A DNA stretch of 60,706 bases, filler included. It is 5 parts of 5 records of this genome, joined end to end, with 100 filler letters (N's around TTAATTAATTAA, not from the genome) between each part and the next. Parts side by side here need not be neighbours in the genome. Positions count along the whole stretch, not along the records: positions 1 to 21,799 come from SRR31156797_2337; 4 more parts are not named here. One strand, given 5' to 3'. Position numbers and translations under genes: made by a program. Shown one piece after another: positions 10,667 through 19,212 of the stretch (positions are counted from its first letter, which is position 1; each line of letters begins with the position of its first letter). Below the pieces are notes generated by a model. The model was not told where the DNA came from and ran no database searches. It saw only the letters and a program-made list of their open reading frames with translations.

Positions 10667-11065
10667 ATGAGAATTATTAAATACATATTTATTGGGATTC
10701 TTATATTAGGCAATTTGTCTGATGCTTTATCTCAGAATCAAAATGATTTACCAAGAGAGTTGATATCTGCATTTAAGCAGGGCAATAGCAATCAACTTGC
10801 TAATTTCTTTGGCGACAGAGTTGCATTATCTATTCAGGATAAGGAAGCGAGCTATAGTAAATCGCAGGCAAAACAGATCATGGCGAAATTCTTTAGAGAA
10901 TTTCCTCCTACAGGATTTAACAGAAAGCATACTGGTGGAAAACCTGGAGCCAGATATGTTACGGGAGATCTGCAAACCAGGAAAGGAAAATTTAGAGTTA
11001 GTTTTCTACTTAAAAATCAAAATGGAAAATTCATTGTCCATCAATTGAATATCGAAAAAGATTAA
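10667..11065 (+). CDS. DUF4783-family secreted protein
   Basis: Signal peptide; AFKQGNSNQLANFF...YSKSQA..IM..FF...P pattern typical of DUF4783. Confidence 0.75.
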   Translation: MRIIKYIFIGILILGNLSDALSQNQNDLPRELISAFKQGNSNQLANFFGDRVALSIQDKEASYSKSQAKQIMAKFFREFPPTGFNRKHTGGKPGARYVTGDLQTRKGKFRVSFLLKNQNGKFIVHQLNIEKD

Positions 11066-11071
11066 AATTAC

Positions 11072-11099
11072 AGACTCCAATTTATTGGGGTCTTTTTTT
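11072..11099 (+). terminator. Intrinsic terminator after the DUF4783 gene
   Basis: AGACTCCAAT-tt-ATTGGGGTCT plus T run. Confidence 0.7.
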
Positions 11100-11131
11100 A
11101 TACTAATTTGCTTTACCAAAATGTATTCCAT

Positions 11132-11163
11132 AAAAAAAGCCCTGTAAATAATTACAGGACCTT
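11132..11163 (-). terminator. Intrinsic terminator after glutamine synthetase
   Basis: CCTGTAA...TTACAGG hairpin with an A run on the + strand (U-tail on -). Confidence 0.65.
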
Positions 11164-11193
11164 CAAAGTATAACTAATATCTAATCTAAATTC

Positions 11194-12699
11194 TTACATA
11201 CAATGGATGTACTTGTCTACAATCTCCATTATCTTATCTACTTTTCCTAGAATACGATCGTTCAAGCCATTGTCTTCATACTTTTTAAGATTCTTCACAA
11301 TAGCATTAACTGTTCCTTCAGGGAAAATTCCATTCTTTTCAAAAATTTCACGCTTCTCTACAAGAGAATCTGCACTTTCCCAACAACAAGTCGGCAATTG
11401 CTTCAATTGATCTAACTTCTCCTTATAATCTGCAGCAAAAATATCAACATCTGCATACAATTCTTCAGCCATTTCAAGACCTCCTTGCATTTCCAAACCA
11501 TGTTGACATGAAACAATTAAACCTGCCATTAGCAAGTAAATATCTGCAGATCCATCAGGAACTCTAAATTCGAATGTTTGCTTACTTGAAAAATCTCTAG
11601 GATCAGCAGCTTGTTGTGGATTAACATCCTTTATCATATCCGATGCTCCAACCCATCCAAGAGGTACACGAACCAATACAGAACGGTTACGATCTCCCCA
11701 ACATACGTAAGTTGGTGCTTCCTGGTGAGGAACCAAACGTAAATATGAAGTAGGAATAGTATTTCCGAAAGCAGTTAATGCACCAGAAAGATCCATGATA
11801 CCTGCAATCATTTTCTTAGCAGTATCACCTAATTTTCCATTTTCAATACAGATGTTTTTACCATCTTTCTCAACCAACATGTGAATATGAAGACCACTAC
11901 CAGCCTTACCAACAGTAATTTTTGGAGCCCAACTTACCAAAGCACCTTCACGATTAGCAAGCATTCTTACGATCCACTTTGCAATAATCAATTGCTCAAC
12001 AGCCTCTTCAGGATCAACAGGCAAGAATTCAATTTCGTGCTGCTCGTAACCATCTTCTCCAGTAGTAAAACTCCCTACTTCTGAGTGACCATATTTAATT
12101 TTACCACCACATTGTGCAATTAAAACCATTGCCTCTTTTCTCAAAGCTTCCCATTTTGTAAAGGGTTGCGAGCTATGATATCCTTTCTGATCTACATCAG
12201 GATACAATGTGTGGTTTTCACTTTTAATATAGTATTCCAACTCACCCATAGCTTTGAATTTTAATCCAGTTGCTTTGGTGAAAGAGTTGTTAGCTTTCTT
12301 TAAAATATACTCTGGTGCACTTTCAAGAGGTTTTCCTTCTGCAGTGTAGAATGAACAAAGAATATCCAAACTTGGAGTTTCTGAGAATGGGTTCACAAAT
12401 GCAGTTTTAAATCTTGGAATAACATACAAGTCGCTCGATCCTGCACCAATAAATGAGAATAAACTCGATCCATCTACTCTTTCTCCAGTTGATAAAATAC
12501 TATCAAGGTGATCAGCACCTGTAATAATAAAATTCAAGGTCTTTAATTTACCATCTTCAGCTACGTATCGAAAGTTGATCATTTCAATATTGTTCTCAAC
12601 AATATACTTAATCAAATCTTCCTTTGTAAACTCGCAACTTGGCTTCTGTAAATATTTAACTAGCTTGTTCGGATCCAATAAATAATTTTCACTTGTCAT
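11194..12699 (-). CDS. glnA: Glutamine synthetase (type I-like, Bacteroidota ~500 aa form); start revised to ATG at 12699
   Basis: DGSS, HSEVG, QHEIE, GSGLHIH, NRSVLVRVP and FEFRVPDGSAD GS motifs. Confidence 0.85.
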   Translation of the reverse strand: MTSENYLLDPNKLVKYLQKPSCEFTKEDLIKYIVENNIEMINFRYVAEDGKLKTLNFIITGADHLDSILSTGERVDGSSLFSFIGAGSSDLYVIPRFKTAFVNPFSETPSLDILCSFYTAEGKPLESAPEYILKKANNSFTKATGLKFKAMGELEYYIKSENHTLYPDVDQKGYHSSQPFTKWEALRKEAMVLIAQCGGKIKYGHSEVGSFTTGEDGYEQHEIEFLPVDPEEAVEQLIIAKWIVRMLANREGALVSWAPKITVGKAGSGLHIHMLVEKDGKNICIENGKLGDTAKKMIAGIMDLSGALTAFGNTIPTSYLRLVPHQEAPTYVCWGDRNRSVLVRVPLGWVGASDMIKDVNPQQAADPRDFSSKQTFEFRVPDGSADIYLLMAGLIVSCQHGLEMQGGLEMAEELYADVDIFAADYKEKLDQLKQLPTCCWESADSLVEKREIFEKNGIFPEGTVNAIVKNLKKYEDNGLNDRILGKVDKIMEIVDKYIHCM

Positions 12700-13208
12700 G
12701 ATATCCCTATTTATAATGTTTGTTGTAATTTTTAGTTCTCTGAGGATAAAATAGCCGAGATTAAAGCGGATTTCCAAAAAGTTAGTAACATTTAGATTCA
12801 AGCCATCAAAATCGCTGAACAATCAGCAATATCAAGCACTTACACGAACAACACAGGACTTTTAGAAACTAAAAAAAGCTGTTTTGCAACAGCTTTCCGA
12901 AAACGTTTTCAATGGTAAATTTTAAAAATTTTTTAAACACCCCCAAATTAAGAATAGTATCGAAATTAAAAAGTATTGTTTTTCTAATCTTACTATCTAA
13001 AATGGAGGAGTATGATCTATAAAGGAAAAATTACTTTTCAAAACCACCCCATTTTCACTCAACCTACCCTCAAAACGTCATTTTTCTATCTTGAGGGGTG
13101 TGTTTTTGATTTTTTAAAGAGATTTTTTGCTCATTTTAGAATCACACCCCTAATTTTTTCAATCCTCCAATTATTTTCATTTTTAATACTGTTAACTTGT
13201 GTTGATTT

Positions 13209-13964
13209 TTAAAATCTAAACGATAAATGAATCCCCGAAGGTGCAGAAACCAGTCTAAATCCTTTTCTATGTCTCACAAAACACTGTTCTCCATTCGAAT
13301 AGTAAACATTCCCATGATGAGTAATTCTGTGACAGTTGTCCGGGATATTAGAAAAATAGATTGAACTAGGAGGATCAACCACTACAAATCCTATTTCTGG
13401 ATAAAATCGATAATAAAAACCATCTGAAAAATAGAAATCTCCATGTCTGTGTCGAATCACAACTGGTTCACAAGCAAATCTTACAACAACATCGCCATAT
13501 CTTGAATGATGATAACAATTGTGACCGTAATCATTGTAATAATGACGATACTTATGATGTGGATAAACATGCTTGTAATGATGCTTATGATTGTGCTTAT
13601 AATGGTACCCGTTATGATGTTTGCTATAATGCTTACTGGAATAATGTCCATTATTATAGGAACCATGGTTTTTATGATGCTTGTTATAATGCTTTGATTG
13701 AGAGTGTCTGTAATGACTAGATTTGTTCTTTTTTCCTCGGTATGAATGATCATGAGAATGTCGTTTTCTATCAGAATAATTACTCTTATTGTGCTTATCC
13801 TTCTGATTGTATTCTCTTAATCGCTTTGTTTTATTGCGCTCTTCGTATCGATATCTATTGTCATCATTCGATCTTCTTTGCGCACTAACTGTATAACTCG
13901 ATGCTATTATTGCTGATCCCAGTACTATACCGGTTATCATCTTATAAAATGCGGATTTTCTCAT
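13209..13964 (-). CDS. Exported His/Tyr/Lys-rich protein (DUF6515-like C-terminus)
   Basis: Signal peptide, long low-complexity H/K/Y/R tract, C-terminal duplicated YY..G..Y....G(F/Y)VVV..P beta-hairpin units. Confidence 0.7.
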   Translation of the reverse strand: MRKSAFYKMITGIVLGSAIIASSYTVSAQRRSNDDNRYRYEERNKTKRLREYNQKDKHNKSNYSDRKRHSHDHSYRGKKNKSSHYRHSQSKHYNKHHKNHGSYNNGHYSSKHYSKHHNGYHYKHNHKHHYKHVYPHHKYRHYYNDYGHNCYHHSRYGDVVVRFACEPVVIRHRHGDFYFSDGFYYRFYPEIGFVVVDPPSSIYFSNIPDNCHRITHHGNVYYSNGEQCFVRHRKGFRLVSAPSGIHLSFRF

Positions 13965-14116
13965 GGCGTTAACTTTTAAATGTGAAAAGCCAATGTGTTC
14001 TTGCAGAACAAGAGTAAAACAGATACAACGTAAATGTTTAAGGCTAAATTTAGTGCCATCCTCTGGTAGGGATGAATCTTGTAAAGTAATTTACCGGTTT
14101 ACTTTGTCTAAGAAGT

Positions 14117-14132
14117 TGCAAAGCTTGTGCCA
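14117..14132 (-). promoter_or_regulatory. sigma54 (-24/-12) promoter of the His-rich protein gene
   Basis: - strand reads TGGCAC-AAGCT-TTGCA, a perfect TGGCAC-N5-TTGCW consensus about 150 nt upstream of the ATG. Confidence 0.75.
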
Positions 14133-14189
14133 AAAACAAAAAAGCATCAAATCCTCTCGAATTCAATGCTTTTCACACTTGTATATTTT

Positions 14190-15527
14190 CTAATTTAAAT
14201 TGATTGTAGTTGATTTCTTATACTTTTTGCTAGCTCTATCGGTAAAACTTCTTTTTTTGGGTCGAATCAATACTCGTAATGACTGATCGGAAGTAAAATA
14301 ATTCCAAACCCAGTTGATTAAAATAAAGAATCGGTTTTTCACACCAACAATTGCCATTAAATGAACGAACAACCAAAGTACCCAAGCAATAAATCCTTGC
14401 ATTTTCATTCCAGGTAAATCGGCAACCGCAAGATTCTTTCCAATGGTTGCAAGCGATCCTCTATCCTTATAATGAAATGGTTTTGCTTTACTATTTTTAA
14501 GTTGATTTTTTAAATTCTTTGCCAGATTTCCAGCCTGCTGTAAGCCAACTTGTGCAACCTGCGGATGTCCATTTTGAAAATCACCTTCCTGTTGAAATGC
14601 CAAATCACCAATTGCATACACATTTTTCAAACCTGAGATCTTATTAAATAAGTCTACTCGAAGTCTTCCTCCTCTAGTTGCTGCAATTTCGGATATTCCT
14701 TTTATTGGGCGTGCAGATACTCCTGCTGCCCACACTAAAGTGTATGAGAAAAATTCTTCTCCATCTGCCAGGTTAATTTTTAATCCATCGTAATCGGCAA
14801 CTCTTGCTTCAGTCTTTACAATTACGCCTAATTTCTCCAAATAAGATTTTGCCTTGGTAGATGCATTCTCAGACATACCATTCAATAGTCGATCCGATGC
14901 CTCGAATAGGTACACGTTCATTAAAGAAAAATCCAATTCGGGATAATCTTTTGGTAAAATTTCGCTTTTCATTTCTGCTAAAGCTCCAGCCAATTCAACT
15001 CCTGTAGGTCCACCTCCTACCAGTACAATATTCATGTAATTTGCTGCCTTTTGAGGATCCGATTCGTTTAAAGCTTTTTCGTAGTTTCTTAAAATTGAAT
15101 TCCTCAGAAAAATTGCTTCAGAAACCGATTTCATAGGAATAGCAAATTCCTCAATATTCTTATTCCCAAAATAATTTGTATCAACACCAGTTGCCAAAAC
15201 TAAATGATCATACGTTAACTTTCCCAATGTTGTATAAATCTCCTGAGTATTGGTGTTCACTTCTAATAGATCTGCCATTCTGAAATGAACATTACTTCTC
15301 TTCTGGAATATTTTACGCAACGGGAAGGCAATTGAACTTGGCTCTAAACCTGATGTTGCCACCTGATAAAATAAGGGTTGAAACTGGTGAAAATTATTTT
15401 TATCAATCACCACCACCTGATATTTTGTTTTAGCCAATTGTCTTGCCAATTTTAATCCGGCGAAACCACCTCCAACAATTACAATTCTTGTTTTCCCATT
15501 TTCGGGTATGTGTTTTATGGTATCCAT
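14190..15527 (-). CDS. ndh: Type II NADH:quinone oxidoreductase (NDH-2)
   Basis: GGGFAG FAD motif, FQPLFYQVAT, GGGPTGVELAG, AIGD, C-terminal amphipathic helix. Confidence 0.92.
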   Translation of the reverse strand: MDTIKHIPENGKTRIVIVGGGFAGLKLARQLAKTKYQVVVIDKNNFHQFQPLFYQVATSGLEPSSIAFPLRKIFQKRSNVHFRMADLLEVNTNTQEIYTTLGKLTYDHLVLATGVDTNYFGNKNIEEFAIPMKSVSEAIFLRNSILRNYEKALNESDPQKAANYMNIVLVGGGPTGVELAGALAEMKSEILPKDYPELDFSLMNVYLFEASDRLLNGMSENASTKAKSYLEKLGVIVKTEARVADYDGLKINLADGEEFFSYTLVWAAGVSARPIKGISEIAATRGGRLRVDLFNKISGLKNVYAIGDLAFQQEGDFQNGHPQVAQVGLQQAGNLAKNLKNQLKNSKAKPFHYKDRGSLATIGKNLAVADLPGMKMQGFIAWVLWLFVHLMAIVGVKNRFFILINWVWNYFTSDQSLRVLIRPKKRSFTDRASKKYKKSTTINLN

Positions 15528-15719
15528 TTCTGTATTTGTAATAAGTAAATCATTAGATATAAGACTAAACCTTATCTATTCAGATTTAAGACTCTTTTAT
15601 CTTTTACAAATTAAAGAATTATTTCTTTAATATTCTAATACACTTGAAATTTCAACCGATTGCGAGGGAAAATTTATTCTAAGAGCAATAAAATTCCAGT
15701 TCATTTACCAAATCGGGAA

Positions 15720-16117
15720 CCAATTTTTAACCAATGGAAGGTTTAAACCAATGAATGGATAACTAATTAAAGTCAATTTTATCGTGAGACCTGGCAAGTG
15801 CACCATCACACCTCCCGGTGGAATGCTTTTACCTGTCAATGCTTCTCTCAGACCAAAAAAATGCATTATGAGATCTCCCATCTGCAATGCATTTATTAAC
15901 ATGTAGCTTGCAGATATCAACATATACCCTGCATTTACTTAGTCTTACCATGCAGATGACAGGTCTCACGGTGCGGTTATCAAGACTGACGGTGCAGATA
16001 TTAACAATGAGCATGCAGATGGCAGGTCTTACGGTGTACTTATTAACAATGAGGGCTACTTTAACAGGTCTCACAAGAACATTGGCAGGTCTCTCGAGTA
16101 CATCGATAGAAATAAAT
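15720..16117. repeat. Bidirectional array of degenerate 21-bp units diverging from ~15887
   Basis: About 10 units on + from 15887 (e.g. ATGCAGATGACAGGTCTCACG at 15950, ATGCAGATGGCAGGTCTTACG at 16013) and 5 or more inverted units on - (TTGCAGATGGGAGATCTCATA, GTGCACTTGCCAGGTCTCACG). Confidence 0.8.
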
Positions 16118-16135
16118 GGTATCTATTCAATAAAT

Positions 16136-16172
16136 AAAAAACGGGTTACAAAATGAACTTGCAACCCGCTTT
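16136..16172 (-). terminator. Intrinsic terminator after the GH20 gene (possibly bidirectional)
   Basis: CGGGTTACAA...TTGCAACCCG hairpin flanked by A and T runs. Confidence 0.7.
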
Positions 16173-16202
16173 ACTATTTTTAACCTGTATATCGATATAC
16201 CA

Positions 16203-18527
16203 TTAATGATATAAAACAGAGGGATCAATCTCTTTAAAAGTTTTATTGTTATCAAGCATTTTAAGTTGCAGAGTTCCACCTCCACCTCCTTCAATATAAT
16301 CTAAGTTCAAAAGATGAAAGCCTTTAGCCAAGGCAATTTGACCGGTTTTTAATTTAGGTGCATGCATTCCATCATTATCTATAACAAGCTCTCCTCCTAT
16401 TTTTAACACACCCGCATCATCGCATAGTAAAGAAAAAGTATATACATCATCCTTTTTTATTTTCAAGTAGGTTCTATACTTTAATGCAAAACTAGTTTTT
16501 CTCTTCGTAGCTGCCTCGGGCAAATCTATCCCAGGTAATATGTATTTGCCTTTTTCAATATCTTTTACTCCAATATCAGATACATCAACCCAACTATTTC
16601 CTTCAAAATAAACACATTCGACTCCTGGTTTAGCAGAATCTAGTTCAACCGGTACGAATGGCTTTTGCTTATTAAAATTAGCTGTAAGCACATCCCCACC
16701 AATTCCTGCTTTACTAAAAGGTCTAGCTGCAAAGCTTGTGGTTTCATTAATTGCAATTGCACCAACATACAATTGAGAATTTTTAGTTGGTTTTGTTCCA
16801 TCCAAAGTATATCTTATTTCCTGATTTTCGATCTGAGATGTTAATTGGATTGTATCGGTACTTATAAATACCTGCGAATCATAGAGCCCCCCAATATCAG
16901 GAATTCGATAATTTACACCCATAATATCCAATCGATCAAAATGAGACCCCATTCTATTAAAAAAATCATCCCAACTCTTCTCATCTTTTGGTGTCCATAA
17001 GGCTTCTGAAAGAGCAAGAATTCTAGGCATTGCCATATAATCAGCTCTTGCTTCTGAAGGAATATATTCGGTCCATATATTTCCCTGTCCTCCTAATATA
17101 TGACTTGCTTCCTCTTCAGTTAATCCTTCTGGGACTGGTTCAAAACTGTATAAATGTTCCAGAGTTCCTTTGTCTTGTTGATGATCGAAATAGCAATGAG
17201 TAGTTGGTGACATGATCACATCATTTCCTTGCTGTACTGCTTTATTTGGAACATCAGGAATCCATCCTCTCCAATACATCATTGTAGCACTTTCGCTCAT
17301 TCCTCCTTCAAGAATTTCATCCCAACCAATCATTTTCTTTCCCTTTGAGTTAATGAACTTTTCGATACGATGAACAAAATAGCTTTGCAATTCATGCTCA
17401 TCAGAGAGTTTTTCACTCCTGATCTTAGCCTGGCACTTCTTACATTTTTTCCAGTTGGTTTTCTCAACCTCATCGGCACCAATATGCACATACGGAGATG
17501 GAAACAGTTCCATAACTTCAGACAAGATATCTTCGACCAATTGGTAAGCTTTTTCGTTCCCTGCACAAAGTGGAGAAGAGAATGTATGTCCCCAATCTGG
17601 TTTTCCAAAACAGGAAACATCCGAACAATTATCAATAGCAGCTTTAAAATGTCCTGGCATATCAATTTCAGGTACAACCATGATATTGCGAGCAGAGGCA
17701 TAAGCCACAATCTCTTTTATATCCTCCTGTGTATAAAATCCGCCATAAAGCTTCTTTCCATTTACCTCTTGATACAATTCAGGAGTAATTTCAAAATCCG
17801 GATTTTCCTTCGCGCGCTTCATGCATTCCTTATCGTGATTGTTTGCTTCACGAAAGGCACCATTAGCTGTTAATTCAGGATATTTCTTAATTTCTATTCT
17901 CCATCCTTGATCATCCGTTAAATGCCAATGAAACCTATTCATCTTATACAATGCCATATAATCAAGAAAACGCTTAATGTACTCCTTCGAAAAGAAATGA
18001 CGTGATACATCGAAATGCATCCCACGCCATGCAAATCTTGGCTCATCTTTAATTAAAACATTAGGGATAATCCAATTGGTAATACTTGAATTCTTTAATT
18101 CAATCTCATTAGGCAATAACTGTCGGATGCTTTGTGTACCTATAAATAAGCCTCTTTTAGAACTTCCTGTAAGTTTTACTTTATTAGAATTTACATCAAG
18201 AATATAAGCTTCAGGGTTTTCACTTATTGTTCTATCAATCTTCAGCTCAATCACATTCCTATCTTTAACCTTATCAGTAATTTCAAGAGGAAAACCCGTT
18301 GCATTTCTTAACTGAGAAAGAAAAACCTTAGTTTGTTCGTATATCTCTTCATTGTTTTCTGACATCCAAACAGATGTGTTTGCATCAATCTGAAAACCAC
18401 CAGTATGGATTTGCAACTCAACTGGTGCAGGAATTATGGATACTGGATAAGTCTTAGATTCTTTCTGATTACAAGCTGAAATAATAAGAAAGAGAGCACA
18501 GGTAAGAATTATGAAATGGTTTTTCAT
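16203..18527 (-). CDS. GH20 beta-N-acetylhexosaminidase lipoprotein with Fn3-associated/CHB_HEX and PA14 domains
   Basis: Lipobox ISAC; DVSRHF, HLTDDQGWR, PEIDMPGH, HIGADE catalytic motif; YTLDG..P and CDDAG..IDNDG C-terminal domains. Confidence 0.93.
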   Translation of the reverse strand: MKNHFIILTCALFLIISACNQKESKTYPVSIIPAPVELQIHTGGFQIDANTSVWMSENNEEIYEQTKVFLSQLRNATGFPLEITDKVKDRNVIELKIDRTISENPEAYILDVNSNKVKLTGSSKRGLFIGTQSIRQLLPNEIELKNSSITNWIIPNVLIKDEPRFAWRGMHFDVSRHFFSKEYIKRFLDYMALYKMNRFHWHLTDDQGWRIEIKKYPELTANGAFREANNHDKECMKRAKENPDFEITPELYQEVNGKKLYGGFYTQEDIKEIVAYASARNIMVVPEIDMPGHFKAAIDNCSDVSCFGKPDWGHTFSSPLCAGNEKAYQLVEDILSEVMELFPSPYVHIGADEVEKTNWKKCKKCQAKIRSEKLSDEHELQSYFVHRIEKFINSKGKKMIGWDEILEGGMSESATMMYWRGWIPDVPNKAVQQGNDVIMSPTTHCYFDHQQDKGTLEHLYSFEPVPEGLTEEEASHILGGQGNIWTEYIPSEARADYMAMPRILALSEALWTPKDEKSWDDFFNRMGSHFDRLDIMGVNYRIPDIGGLYDSQVFISTDTIQLTSQIENQEIRYTLDGTKPTKNSQLYVGAIAINETTSFAARPFSKAGIGGDVLTANFNKQKPFVPVELDSAKPGVECVYFEGNSWVDVSDIGVKDIEKGKYILPGIDLPEAATKRKTSFALKYRTYLKIKKDDVYTFSLLCDDAGVLKIGGELVIDNDGMHAPKLKTGQIALAKGFHLLNLDYIEGGGGGTLQLKMLDNNKTFKEIDPSVLYH

Positions 18528-18642
18528 TACTTTAATTTATAGGTTTCAGGTATATAAATAAAAACTAGGAATTCATTCTTGAAGAACATAAATGTAAGTA
18601 TTTTTTGAGTTCGAAGGAATGGGAATTGATTACTTTAATTAT

Positions 18643-18688
18643 ATAAGAAACCCGAAATGCGAACTAATCACATTTCGGGTTTATCTTA
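18643..18688 (-). terminator. Intrinsic terminator after the RidA-family gene
   Basis: AAACCCGAAATG...CATTTCGGGTTT inverted repeat. Confidence 0.75.
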
Positions 18689-18704
18689 TTAATTGATATC
18701 TGAT

Positions 18705-19055
18705 TTATTTCTTAGCAGCGACAACTGACATTTCAACCAATAATTCAGGACGAGCCATGCGAGCTTCGACACAAGCACGTGCTGGTTGGTAGCCATCAAC
18801 AACCCACGCATCCCAAACTTCATTCATAGCTGCGAAATCTTTCATATCGCGAACATAGATAGTTACAGATAGGATGTGTTTTTTATCTGATCCTGCTTTT
18901 TCTAATAGTTCTTCTACTTTCTCTAAGGTGGTAACGGTTTGCTCCTTAATATCTGTGTTAGCATCTTTTGCAGTTTGCCCACATAAATAGATAGTATTCC
19001 CGTGTTCTACAATACGACTCATTCTTGGAGTCGAATCCATTCTTTTGATTGTCAT
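18705..19055 (-). CDS. RidA/YjgF family protein (YoaB-like)
   Basis: [18 protein letters not shown] and [21 protein letters not shown] motifs. Confidence 0.9.
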   Translation of the reverse strand: MTIKRMDSTPRMSRIVEHGNTIYLCGQTAKDANTDIKEQTVTTLEKVEELLEKAGSDKKHILSVTIYVRDMKDFAAMNEVWDAWVVDGYQPARACVEARMARPELLVEMSVVAAKK

Positions 19056-19113
19056 TTTGGTATGTGTTTACGTTATTTTGTTGGGCGAAGATATAAAAAA
19101 GAAATATTTCTCA

Positions 19114-19144
19114 GACCTGTCAGGTTTTAAAAACCTGGCAGGTC
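19114..19144. repeat. REP-like palindrome GACCTGTCAGGTTTTAAAAACCTGGCAGGTC
   Basis: 31-bp near-perfect inverted repeat in which each arm is itself palindromic (ACCTGnCAGGT); resembles repeats recalled from Bacteroidota intergenic DNA. Confidence 0.7.
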
Positions 19145-19153
19145 GAGTATAAC

Positions 19154-19189
19154 AAAAAAATGCCGTTCCAAATCATTGGAACGGCATTT
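19154..19189 (-). terminator. Intrinsic terminator after valS
   Basis: AAATGCCGTTCCAA...TTGGAACGGCATTT with an A7 run (U-tail on -). Confidence 0.8.
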
Positions 19190-19212
19190 ATATATTAAGA
19201 GTTATTCTCTTC

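Noticed and set aside
12700-12822. N-terminal extension of glutamine synthetase (and similar extensions at 27447-27518, 30649-30897, 56060-56140, 56772-56840)
   Set aside because: Longest-ORF artefacts; downstream ATGs fit homolog N-termini, paralog alignment or RBS positions better
13481-13753. Ile/Met-rich ORFs overlapping the His-rich gene
   Set aside because: Alternate-frame by-products of the CAT/TAT/AAT-rich low-complexity coding tract
15887-16117. CRISPR array
   Set aside because: Units abut with no unique spacers, are highly degenerate and flip orientation; there are no cas genes in the window
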